From assembly GCA_039799905.1 (NCBI GenBank), contig JBDLRP010000030.1, forward strand, positions 1 to 64,000: a stretch of DNA of 64,000 nt, in the 5' to 3' direction. The notes below the pieces were generated by a model, which had not been told where the DNA came from, ran no database searches, and worked only from the letters and a program-made list of their open reading frames with translations. The stretch is from Pseudomonadota bacterium (GTDB lineage Bacteria; Bdellovibrionota_B; Oligoflexia; Silvanigrellales; Silvanigrellaceae). This document shows positions 29,299 through 39,893 of this stretch, piece by piece. A program made the position numbers and the translations under genes. Within the stretch, counting starts at the first letter, position 1, and each line of letters begins with the position of its first letter.

Positions 29299-30335
29299 GC
29301 AGTCACCCCCCAGTATTTCGCGCTCGCGTCGATGAAATCCGCCAGACGGGACAATCGCTGTGGCAATCGTTGCTGCGAAAGTTCCTCATTCAGAATTCTG
29401 AAAAAATATTTCATTGTGGAATTTTTTCCATTGGCTCCCTGCAAACTGAGCGAATTGTAATTCTCTGCTGTTGCACGCACGGTTGAATGCAAATTTTCGA
29501 GCAAGGATTCCCTGCTGATACCAAGACCTTTCCACAGAAGCGCAAAGTCTTCTGCCAGCAAATCAAGCGTTTCGCCGCTGAGCTTTTCAAACACAGTCTT
29601 GTTGGGTTGCATATGCGGACCTATGACAGCTGCAAGAATAAAGTTTGTGAAGAATTTTTCCCGCTCGAGTTTATGCGCGCTGTCGACCCTTTGCCATTGC
29701 AAAAATCCGACGCTCCGCAATGGTTCTTCCGGCAGTCCGTCCGCTGCCGATCGTGCACGGCCCATCCAGCGGTCTGTCAGCTCGGCGCAACGGTGATCTT
29801 GCATGCTCAGCGGGGACCAGCGGACAAGCGCACCCCCTTTCCAGAACACACGACTCTGATTCTCACAAAGCTCACGGAATGCGCCGACCATAAAAACCGC
29901 TCTCAAGAATGAAAAATGACGCAACTCCACCTGCACGTTTTGCTGTGTCACGGCACTCAGCAGTCCATTGTTGCAAAAGACAAATTGCAACGAAGTCTGC
30001 TTTGTCGCCCGCGCAGCGGCGAGCCACTCCAAAAAAACCGCCTCACTGGCTTCCGGCGGAACACAAAAGAAGACCACTTTGATTGAGGGCGGCAGTTTCT
30101 GCAGACACTCTTGCGCATTTGCGTTGAGAAAGTTCACTTGGCATTTGCGCTGCGAACCATTGGATTCCTGAACGATGATAATTTCGGAGGGCAGCGGACT
30201 GCGGTTCACAAGCAACACCTGTCCACCATGAGAAGCGACAGCCTCCGATCTTTGCAACGCATCTGCCAGCAGCACTCCCAAAGCGCCACCGCCCACAACA
30301 AGGCAATGCGTTGTCACCAACCTGGACTCATTCAT
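29295..30335 (-). CDS. divergent ketopantoate-reductase-like Rossmann protein (start uncertain)
   Basis: VVGGGALG, VFCNNGL, EKFFTN, TAENYNSL resemble PanE/ApbA motifs; GTGA overlap with rhomboid. Confidence 0.55.
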   Translation of the reverse strand: MNESRLVTTHCLVVGGGALGVLLADALQRSEAVASHGGQVLLVNRSPLPSEIIIVQESNGSQRKCQVNFLNANAQECLQKLPPSIKVVFFCVPPEASEAVFLEWLAAARATKQTSLQFVFCNNGLLSAVTQQNVQVELRHFSFLRAVFMVGAFRELCENQSRVFWKGGALVRWSPLSMQDHRCAELTDRWMGRARSAADGLPEEPLRSVGFLQWQRVDSAHKLEREKFFTNFILAAVIGPHMQPNKTVFEKLSGETLDLLAEDFALLWKGLGISRESLLENLHSTVRATAENYNSLSLQGANGKNSTMKYFFRILNEELSQQRLPQRLSRLADFIDASAKYWGVTA

Positions 30336-30424
30336 CACTCTGACACCCTGCTGCAAAAAACTCAGGCTTTTGAACAAAGCTCCGATACCCCTCACAGGGT
30401 ATCATAAGTTTAGAGGAGCCACTC

Positions 30425-31681
30425 ATGAAACCCGCAAAATCTCACGCCAATTTGTTGCTTGTCGGCGATGACGGCGAGCGTGTTCAATTGATGGCCGAGG
30501 CACTGGCCCACGTCTTTCCAGAGGCTACGCTCAGGCGTTGCAGCACCCTGCGCGTCAATTCTCCGGAGGCGTCTCTGAGGGGTGTCAGCGCGCTGATTTT
30601 AATTTGGGATAACAATCCATTACAGGACTGGAAGACACTCCTCCAGCAGGCGTCGCCCACCCACCGGAGTTGCGAGGGAATCATCTGCGACGTGGCAACA
30701 CAGTTTGGCGATCCGCTTTTGCGACGGACTGCCATTGTTGCAAAGGGACTTTCACGCGAAGAGGTCACATTTCTTGGCGAGTTCAACGTTTCTTGCGTGC
30801 AGCCGCTGATGGGGCAGAAGTCGGAGTGGGCCCAGCAATGCCAAAAGTTTGCCAGCCGTATCGAACGGCTGATTTCGACAGAAGACGACGATGGCGGGAA
30901 CGCAGCTGAACGAAGTGTGCGGCGCTTTGAACGCGCTCTAAATTCATGGCAACTGTGCGCTGACCAAGAAAAAATGCAGGTATCGGACGAGCTGCTGCGC
31001 AATCTCGGTGACACTGCGCGCTACTGTGAGCTGATGGCGCGCAGATCGCAACTTGAAAATGATTTGCAGGCTGCCGAACATTGGCTGCGCCGCGCTATCG
31101 ATAAAAACCCGAATTATTTGCGTGCACTTCAGACATTGGCCGACCTTCACGTGGAGCGCGGTCAGTTAAGGGAAGCGCTTGCACTGTATGAAAAACTCCG
31201 CATGAACAACCCGCGCCACCCGATCCGTCTCGCAAAAATCGCCGAATGCCATCTGGCACTTGGTGAAATCGAACGCGCCGACAGGGCGTTTTCCCGCGCA
31301 TTGAGCATTGATGAACATTCCATGCAGGCACGCGAAGACCTTGCAAGAGTGAAACTGGCAATGGGTGACTACGAGGCCGCCAAACTTCTGCTCGAACACT
31401 GTGGCGACGTTTCAAAGGTTGCTTCTTATTTGAATGCCTACGGAATTCAACTGGTTAAGGCTGGACGATACGAGGAATCCATCGAGCATTACAAGAAAGC
31501 ACAAATGGTTTTGCCCACTAACACGAACAGACATCAAATTCTCTTTAACATCGGCCTAGCTTATGCCAAATGGGGAAAGTACAGCGAGGCGCGGCAATAT
31601 GCCCAGCTTGCGCTTGCGCGGGACCCCAGTTACACGAAGGCGGCCCAGCTCCTCCGCACCGTGGAGGACAGACTGCCGTAG
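30425..31681 (+). CDS. TPR protein with possible degenerate N-terminal receiver-like domain
   Basis: Multiple TPRs (AIDKNPNYLRA..LA, LFNIGLAYAKWG, ALARDPSY); LLLVGDD start; RBS GAGGAG. Confidence 0.78.
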   Translation: MKPAKSHANLLLVGDDGERVQLMAEALAHVFPEATLRRCSTLRVNSPEASLRGVSALILIWDNNPLQDWKTLLQQASPTHRSCEGIICDVATQFGDPLLRRTAIVAKGLSREEVTFLGEFNVSCVQPLMGQKSEWAQQCQKFASRIERLISTEDDDGGNAAERSVRRFERALNSWQLCADQEKMQVSDELLRNLGDTARYCELMARRSQLENDLQAAEHWLRRAIDKNPNYLRALQTLADLHVERGQLREALALYEKLRMNNPRHPIRLAKIAECHLALGEIERADRAFSRALSIDEHSMQAREDLARVKLAMGDYEAAKLLLEHCGDVSKVASYLNAYGIQLVKAGRYEESIEHYKKAQMVLPTNTNRHQILFNIGLAYAKWGKYSEARQYAQLALARDPSYTKAAQLLRTVEDRLP

Positions 31682-31691
31682 AAAGGCCTCC

Positions 31692-32639
31692 ATGACTCAC
31701 CCTATCTGCTACGAGTTGCGCATCCACATCGACGACAAACACAAAGATGCGCTCGTAGAGGCTCTGCATGAATTCGACGAACACAATTTTGTCGAGGGCG
31801 CGCTCGACTGCGATGTTGAGTTTGAATACGACTATGAGCATCTGAGCCGCGATTATTATGGTGAACTTGTCCGTCAGGTACCGGTGATTCTCTACAGCGA
31901 AGACCTGCCACATCTGCAAGCCCTGAAGGACAACCTGTTGGCCGAAATGAAATCAAGGGCCATTCCCCTGTCAGAAAAGCAAATCGTGCTGCAGCCGATC
32001 GCCGATCAAAACTGGCGCGAATCTTGGAAGGCCTCGTTTAAACCAATCGACATTTCCGGACGATTTGCCATTCTGCCGCCTTGGGAAAACCCTGCTGAAT
32101 TTCCGCAAAAGCACAAAATCATCATCGATCCCGGCATGGCGTTTGGCACGGGTCAGCACGAGACGACGCGTTTGTGTCTTGAATTGCTGCTTGAGCAAAA
32201 GAGCGTCCCGGAAAAAGTATTGGACGTCGGCACTGGCTCGGGAATTCTTGCCATCGCCGCCTCGATGCTTGGCAGCAAATTCATCATCGGCAACGACATT
32301 GACGAAAACAGCGTCCACATTGCGCAGGTGAATGCTAAAGACAACGGCATTCACGATGCTCAATTTGTCTCGACGGCGATCGACGAAATCAGTGAAACCG
32401 ACTTCGACCTTGTTTTTGCGAACATTCAATTGCGTCCCCTGACAAAGATTTTTGGCGATATCGTTGGACACACCCGCCTCGGCGGAACCATCATAGTGTC
32501 TGGAATTCTCACGACCGAGATCGACGACTTTCGTGCTCTGGCTGAGCGCAGCGGAAGCGTTGTAAATAAGGTTGTGACTTTGGGACACTGGTCGGGGATT
32601 GTCTGTGAACGCCCGCTCGCCGAAAGCAAAAAAATCTGA
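31692..32639 (+). CDS. prmA: ribosomal protein L11 methyltransferase
   Basis: IDPGMAFGTGQHETT.LC, VLDVGTGSGILAI, ANI, SGIL. Confidence 0.94.
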   Translation: MTHPICYELRIHIDDKHKDALVEALHEFDEHNFVEGALDCDVEFEYDYEHLSRDYYGELVRQVPVILYSEDLPHLQALKDNLLAEMKSRAIPLSEKQIVLQPIADQNWRESWKASFKPIDISGRFAILPPWENPAEFPQKHKIIIDPGMAFGTGQHETTRLCLELLLEQKSVPEKVLDVGTGSGILAIAASMLGSKFIIGNDIDENSVHIAQVNAKDNGIHDAQFVSTAIDEISETDFDLVFANIQLRPLTKIFGDIVGHTRLGGTIIVSGILTTEIDDFRALAERSGSVVNKVVTLGHWSGIVCERPLAESKKI

Positions 32640-33840
32640 TGTCTTGATCGTCGGAGCGGGGCCACTCGGCTGGAGCTGTGCGCAACTGCTCGCCGCCCAG
32701 GGCATCAGCACTCTTATTGTGGACCCCAACATCTCCGACAACACACCATTATGGGCAACGCAGGGGCTGGGAATTTTTTGGCCTAGCCTGAATGATCCTC
32801 CGACGCGTGCAGTCGTCGCCCACGGCTTGGACATGGCCGTTTGGCTGCAGAACTTCTGCCGGCTCGGCTCAGAATCGTCTGGTGATTTTTTTCACAAAGC
32901 AGCACTGAGAAAAATACGTTGTGTGCGTCTCGGCTTGGCATCGCACGAGGTGAGAGAACTGAATCAGGCATACACTTTGAATCTTGGCCTCAAAGCCGCA
33001 GAAAGCTCCGCAGGAGCGCAGTTTTTTGAAGAATCTTTTCCGGCTTTTTTAGTTGACGAGACAAACACTCGTGATGCTTTTTCCATGCGCCGTTTAAAGG
33101 ATCTGGGTCTTTGCAGAGAGCGTGTTGTCTCAATTACGGAAGGCAAAGACGGCTGCACAGTGTTGCTCGGCAACAATCAGTCGCATGAGTGTGAAATCGT
33201 AATACTCGCCAACGGCTATCAGATTGCCGAACTCGTTCCTTGGGTGAATGAAATGCTTGTCCCGATGAGTGACGTTTACTCTGAGTGGTCGAGCAACCTT
33301 GCCTGTCCTGATCACTGCGAGCCACTCGCCGTCCGCACAGCCAGCGGACATGTTGCAGCATTGTTTATTCCGCAGGCGAGTGCGCAGGGGCACGGATATA
33401 CATGGACTGTGCGTCTCACAGGACCACGCTTTTTGTTGCCATCTGCTGGTGCCGGAGTTGACTTGTCGGGAAATCCGGTGAGCGATTCGTTGAGCGAAAA
33501 AATTAATGAGTGGCTGCGAACATCATTTTTGCCCGTCATGACCCAAGTTTTGCAAACAAGTCATCCTGCAGAGGGCATCAAACTCAAATTGAATCGCGCA
33601 CGATTCGGCGTGGATTGCCTTCCCTGCGACGAACTGCCGATCTTGGGAGAACTGGGAAGCCAAGGCCGTATTCTTGCGTCGACCGGATGGCTGGGATGCG
33701 GATGGAGCGCATCGCTGCAGGCGGCAAGTGTGATGTGCGAACTGATTGAAAAGGGCTCTTCACCGCGACTTGCAGGACTGCTGAAACCCAGCCGTTGGCG
33801 CAGCGGGATGTCGGAAGATGGCGTCACCGGCATGACTTGA
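32599..33840 (+). CDS. FAD-dependent oxidoreductase (DAO family, divergent)
   Basis: DVLIVGAGPLG, VILANG, D.LP.DELPILG, TGWLG.G. Confidence 0.75.
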   Translation: MSVNARSPKAKKSDVLIVGAGPLGWSCAQLLAAQGISTLIVDPNISDNTPLWATQGLGIFWPSLNDPPTRAVVAHGLDMAVWLQNFCRLGSESSGDFFHKAALRKIRCVRLGLASHEVRELNQAYTLNLGLKAAESSAGAQFFEESFPAFLVDETNTRDAFSMRRLKDLGLCRERVVSITEGKDGCTVLLGNNQSHECEIVILANGYQIAELVPWVNEMLVPMSDVYSEWSSNLACPDHCEPLAVRTASGHVAALFIPQASAQGHGYTWTVRLTGPRFLLPSAGAGVDLSGNPVSDSLSEKINEWLRTSFLPVMTQVLQTSHPAEGIKLKLNRARFGVDCLPCDELPILGELGSQGRILASTGWLGCGWSASLQAASVMCELIEKGSSPRLAGLLKPSRWRSGMSEDGVTGMT

Positions 33841-33895
33841 ACATGCGACCTGTTGTTTAGGAAACAACCGCTCTATCCAGCTGAGCTACGGCGAC
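33819..33895 (-). tRNA. tRNA-Arg (anticodon CCT)
   Basis: Reverse strand GTCGCCG-TAGCTCAGCTGGATAGAGC-GGTTGT-TTCCTAA-ACAAC...TTCAAG...CGGTGAC-GCCA, 77 nt. Confidence 0.95.
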
Positions 33896-33958
33896 TGCCT
33901 GGGTGTGTTTAACGCAAAACACGTCACTCATGCAAACAGCAGAGCCAATCATGCCGCT

Positions 33959-35131
33959 TCAGCGGCGGGCGGGACCCAGCAAGCCAACACCGCCCGCAGA
34001 AGTCCTCTGAATTCCACGATGAATCACTATTTTTTCGCCCTGCACTTTACCGCGGTCATAATGCTCGCCCAGAACACGCCCACCTGACCGCACGGACGTG
34101 AGGCGTGGAAAACGTGACTTGACGAACTTGCGCAGGGCCGGATCGTTGAACTTCACCAGTGCTGTGGATGCCTCGGGGGTGTCCTGACAGCTTCCATCGA
34201 CGTCTGAGCGGACTCCCGCCTGAGCTGCCTTTTGCACGCGTTCCGTTTCAAGATTTTCAAGTTTCTTGCGAAAACCGGCAACCACGCCCGACTGGAAGGA
34301 CATTTTCGGAGCAGCTCCCTTCAGTGAGCGCAGACTGCGGTATGAGTTCCAAAGCGACTCCGACTGCTGCCTGAGGAATCCGTAAATATACTCTGCCATC
34401 AAAACATTCTGCTCGGAACCAAGTATTTCCATGGTCTTGTGGGTTTGATTTTCCTGCGCGTCATAGAGATCCGAAAACACTACATCGACGAAATAGTATC
34501 CGGTCAGGATTCCGGCAATCATCCGTTGGAGTCTGTCGACCTTCTGCTTTTTATGATTGACTATCAGCGAGACATAACGATTTTTCTTCCGATTAATCAG
34601 CCTGTCGATATTGTATTTGTGAAATAATTCCTGAACGCGGGCCATCGCAAGAAAAGCCTCGTTCTCGTTTGTCGACTCAGCCATTGCGAGCAGCTTTTCA
34701 ACCTTACGCAGAATCGCCGCATCCTCCTCCGGAACTACGGAAGTTTCCTGCCACGTGCGCAGCGGCTCACCAAGATCGAGACCCGAGCCGCGATATTCTT
34801 CCGGCACACCGAGCACATCACAGGCTCGATGAAATTCGGCCCCGTGCCCCGCATCTCCCGAAAAAAACTCTGTGACAAGCTGATGCGCCATTTCGTGTTT
34901 GAGCACACCCAAAACATGTTGCCAGCTGTGTGTCATTATCAGGTTTTTGTTGATGACGATGGTACGCGTGAGCGGGTCCCACTGACCCCATTGACCGCTC
35001 ATGTCTTTGATTTCAAAAAGCGGCTTGCGCAGGCTGAGTCGGTGCTGAAAACAGATGGCCTCAAATTCCGTATAAAGCTGCTTAAGCCACGCCTGTTCCA
35101 AGAATGCAAGAATTGGCTTCGATTTGCTCAT
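33959..35131 (-). CDS. SprT-like zinc metalloprotease fused to DUF2786-like domain
   Basis: LKHEMAHQ...HG.EF; ILRKVEKLLAMAES.NENEA..AM...QEL..KYNI. Confidence 0.8.
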   Translation of the reverse strand: MSKSKPILAFLEQAWLKQLYTEFEAICFQHRLSLRKPLFEIKDMSGQWGQWDPLTRTIVINKNLIMTHSWQHVLGVLKHEMAHQLVTEFFSGDAGHGAEFHRACDVLGVPEEYRGSGLDLGEPLRTWQETSVVPEEDAAILRKVEKLLAMAESTNENEAFLAMARVQELFHKYNIDRLINRKKNRYVSLIVNHKKQKVDRLQRMIAGILTGYYFVDVVFSDLYDAQENQTHKTMEILGSEQNVLMAEYIYGFLRQQSESLWNSYRSLRSLKGAAPKMSFQSGVVAGFRKKLENLETERVQKAAQAGVRSDVDGSCQDTPEASTALVKFNDPALRKFVKSRFPRLTSVRSGGRVLGEHYDRGKVQGEKIVIHRGIQRTSAGGVGLLGPARR

Positions 35132-35231
35132 ACCCCAAAATTCCCTGTCGTGAGGCTCTTTTTTCTACTTTTCCAAAGATAGCCCGCGCACCGAGGCCGG
35201 TGCAAGCAAGAAGCCACTTGGACGGAAATTG

Positions 35232-37505
35232 TTAAGCAGATTGAGACAGGTCAGACGCGGAAGCCGCTGTGGCCTGAGATATTTGCTCGGAATCGGGCGC
35301 GGACGAAGAGGCCAGTGAATCAGGGTTTCTGCGCACCATGATCAGGGTCATGTCATCGACCAGATCGGGGGCAGAACGAAAACCATCTTTATTGTTGCGC
35401 AACTGCTGCACCAATAGCAATTCGGGAACGGTCACCGTGCCTGCCGTCACTTTGCGCTTGAGTTGTGCCGCCCAGCTCGAAACAGTGGCGCGCAGCGGAA
35501 CGATACCGTCGGAGTAGAGCACAACAAGCTCATCACCATTGAGACGCTCTGTCTTTGCGCTCCATGTGGTTTCCACAAGAATATCCGAGCCCAATCTTTC
35601 GCCTTGCGTCGTGAAATAACGGAAGGACTTCGGCCCGATACAAAAAATACCCGGATGTCCGGCCGAACAGAAGGTGAGCTCGCCGCTGCTGGGGTCAAAG
35701 AGCGCAAAGATAGCCGTGCAGTTTTCGTTTTCACGCAACGCTTTCAGACCCATATGTATTGAATGGGGAGCTCGCCGCAAGACCTCCTGTTTCGCCTCGG
35801 GAAGGACAGGAAAATCGCCGGAACGCAGCCCCTCGCACCACAATCCCCAGTGTGAACAGATGACGCTCGTCGCCAGAGATGAGCCAACACCATGGCCGGT
35901 GACATCCGCCACACACGCTGCAAGCAGCGTCCGCCCGTCTGCAAAATGCAGCTCGCGGATATCGAACCAATCGCCTGCAAGAGCCTCTGCCGGCAGATAC
36001 GTTGCACGCCAAATCCATGAATCAGTTGTAGTTTTGAGCTTCGGCAGCATGCGAGCCTGAACCTCGCGACCGACGGCGAGTTCCTGTTCAATCAGCGCCT
36101 TCGTTGCCATTTCCCGACCGAAGGTCAACATTTTCTTTGCGGTCGAACCGACTTCAAGCAGTGCGGCCGTCATCAATGAAGGCATCAGCACCATGATCTT
36201 CCAATCTAGCGGCGATTTGAGGCTGGCATCTTTGGTCATGATGCCGATCAAATCTTTAACATTGACCCATCCATGAATACCGAACGCCGCAACCACGAGT
36301 GCAATTCGGGTCACCACCAAAGCCACGCTCAATCGGCTGTAGCTTTCTGGATTGCTCGCCTTTGACTCCGCTGTTGGCGGGTTCTTTATCCGTTCGTAAA
36401 CACCATAAAAAAGTACGCAGAATGAGGCCGCAATCGAAAGTGAGTCACCCCACAGATCGCTCGTGGTCGAAAAACTCGGATCCACCTTGTCGCCGAGTGC
36501 GAAAAGTCCGCCCATGATGAGAACAAACATCCAGCGATGGGCGAGCTTGATGCGCCGGACATTGAGATCGACGATGGTTGCTGTGAATAGCACCAAAAAT
36601 GCAAAACCGAATCCGCATGACATCTGATAAAGATAATGTTCCAGCGTACTGAGCTGAATGCCGCCGTCCGTTTTGAATCCAAGGTAATCGTGCAGTGCGC
36701 GTGAGGCGCCATACAGTGCGAGATAAGACATCACCACCGAGTGGTCGAGTACGATGGCGATAGCCGCCAGCACGACTGGAATACCGATCTGGAACTGGCG
36801 TGTGAGGTTCGCAGCTTCCTTCTGCATCCAAATCAAACCAGAATAATCGCGCACCTTTTCCGGACGGGAAAGCACGGCGGGCACATCGGCTGGACCAAAG
36901 AAAGTCAACGACTCGTAGGGTCTGAGACGCAATTCAATACGCCGCGTGCGGAGTAGCTCCTCGCGCGTGAAGCTGAATGTGGTGTCGGCTGCAAATCCGA
37001 ATTGTTTGACGAAACCCTCGGGTGTGCGGACGTAGGTGCCGCGGTGCACATTGCGCGGAAGAATGAGTACATATTGTGGCTTCTGGCTAATCCACTCAAC
37101 ATCTTTGTCGTCCAAATCAAAAATAACCTTGACCCAATTAGCCTTGCTTGGTTTGCCCAACGAATCTTTGAGGTCGGGAATGCGGGTCGAATTAGCGAGG
37201 AATGAACTCAGCTGGGCATCGAGTGCGGGTTCCGTAAAGCACTCTGAATCAAGCTTCTCCGGCTTGACGTCCTTTGGACTATTACAGTGGTAAAAGTGCA
37301 CCGTAATGTTTTCAAGACTCAAAATCTGACCGGCGTCCTTGAGCGATTCTCTGGTAGCCGCGGCATCATTGCGCACACGTTGTTCGTTGAAGAGTCGGAT
37401 GAACATCCAAAGACACAGACCCAACGCAAAATACAGCACCATTCTGAAAATGTGGTGCTGAACGCGGTTGCTGGGTTTGATTCTTTGCAGCAGGCCTGAT
37501 GCCAT
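35232..37505 (-). CDS. multi-TM membrane sensor with SpoIIE/PP2C phosphatase domain
   Basis: AGDWFD, VADVTGHG, SAGHP, LYSDG, DDMT; periplasmic region plus several TM helices. Confidence 0.85.
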   Translation of the reverse strand: MASGLLQRIKPSNRVQHHIFRMVLYFALGLCLWMFIRLFNEQRVRNDAAATRESLKDAGQILSLENITVHFYHCNSPKDVKPEKLDSECFTEPALDAQLSSFLANSTRIPDLKDSLGKPSKANWVKVIFDLDDKDVEWISQKPQYVLILPRNVHRGTYVRTPEGFVKQFGFAADTTFSFTREELLRTRRIELRLRPYESLTFFGPADVPAVLSRPEKVRDYSGLIWMQKEAANLTRQFQIGIPVVLAAIAIVLDHSVVMSYLALYGASRALHDYLGFKTDGGIQLSTLEHYLYQMSCGFGFAFLVLFTATIVDLNVRRIKLAHRWMFVLIMGGLFALGDKVDPSFSTTSDLWGDSLSIAASFCVLFYGVYERIKNPPTAESKASNPESYSRLSVALVVTRIALVVAAFGIHGWVNVKDLIGIMTKDASLKSPLDWKIMVLMPSLMTAALLEVGSTAKKMLTFGREMATKALIEQELAVGREVQARMLPKLKTTTDSWIWRATYLPAEALAGDWFDIRELHFADGRTLLAACVADVTGHGVGSSLATSVICSHWGLWCEGLRSGDFPVLPEAKQEVLRRAPHSIHMGLKALRENENCTAIFALFDPSSGELTFCSAGHPGIFCIGPKSFRYFTTQGERLGSDILVETTWSAKTERLNGDELVVLYSDGIVPLRATVSSWAAQLKRKVTAGTVTVPELLLVQQLRNNKDGFRSAPDLVDDMTLIMVRRNPDSLASSSAPDSEQISQATAASASDLSQSA

Positions 37506-37611
37506 ACTACCCCCTTCGAAGTGGTATCGGCGGTTCACAGCTGCGGCCGAGGGAAAAAATTTCACGGTCCGACGTTTTTGACGAGACCGGAGAATTCAAA
37601 TCCTGCCGGAA

Positions 37612-37643
37612 AAAACAAAAAACCGCATCAAAAGATGCGGTTT
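37612..37643 (-). terminator. terminator after HU gene
   Basis: AAACCGCATC-AAAA-GATGCGGTTT with A tract on the left (T tract on the minus strand). Confidence 0.7.
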
Positions 37644-37680
37644 CCTTAACCGATTCATACCGGTAAATCAGAAAAAGTTA

Positions 37681-38034
37681 TTACTTCTTCTTCTTTTTGG
37701 CAGGAGCTGCCTTCTTAGTCGTGCGCGCGCCCTTCTTAGCGCCCGTCACTTGCTCCTTGAGAGACTTAGCTGCGCGGAACGCGATCTTTTTGGAAGCAGG
37801 AATGCGAATTTCTTCGCCAGTCTGAGGGTTGCGGCCCATGCGAGCTGCGCGTTCTTTAACTTGGAGAATACCGACTTTGTCGATGCGGAGTTTACGGCCA
37901 GAAGCAACTTCACCTTCAACAGTTGCGAGGAAGTCAGCGATCACTTCCTTTGTCACCTTCTTTGGAAGTTGGGTGAATTTGTCAGCAACAGCTGCAACAA
38001 GTTGGCTCGTGGAGACAGTCGTATTCTTTGCCAT
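37681..38034 (-). CDS. HU-family DNA-binding protein with basic tail
   Basis: RAARMGRNPQTGEEIRIPA, FRAAKSLKE; tail KKGARTTKKAAPAKKKKK. Confidence 0.92.
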   Translation of the reverse strand: MAKNTTVSTSQLVAAVADKFTQLPKKVTKEVIADFLATVEGEVASGRKLRIDKVGILQVKERAARMGRNPQTGEEIRIPASKKIAFRAAKSLKEQVTGAKKGARTTKKAAPAKKKKK

Positions 38035-38189
38035 GAAGCGAATCCTTTCGTTAAACAAACACCTGACAGTTATTACCGAGGGTCACTGACAACCCAAGCA
38101 TTAATTCGGAATTTTACATATGCCTGCCACAAAATAAACAAGAGGCATTCAGCAAAGTCAAGTGCCCCTAACGAAATTTGTGTTTTTAA

Positions 38190-39560
<1,371 letters not shown>

Positions 39561-39606
39561 TCTCCGCATTTGCGGCTGCGCGGCACTTGCCGGTGGGGAA
39601 GTTTGC

Positions 39607-39879
39607 ATGGACAAAACGTCCGGAAAAACCGATCTAAGCGAATATCAGAACGTTCTGAGCGCTTTTGTCGAGCTGCGCAGCCGAGGAATCACCGTGTCAG
39701 CACAAGACCTCGAGGTGCTGAAATCTTGGGCCGAGGACCAACTGCCGCCACCCCTGATCATACAGGCGATGGAGGCAATTTCTTTGGAAAATCAGCAAAA
39801 TGGCAAGCGTTTCAGCAACTCGCTGAAAGCACTGGACCGCAGCATACGCCGTGCGGTACGTGATTCCCACGATTACTGA
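39607..39879 (+). CDS. small helical protein, possibly DnaD/DnaB_2-like
   Basis: VSAQDLEVLKSW....P..LI.QAM...SLK pattern; directly upstream of a DnaC-like ATPase. Confidence 0.5.
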   Translation: MDKTSGKTDLSEYQNVLSAFVELRSRGITVSAQDLEVLKSWAEDQLPPPLIIQAMEAISLENQQNGKRFSNSLKALDRSIRRAVRDSHDY

Positions 39880-39893
39880 GGCTGCGCGTTGTC

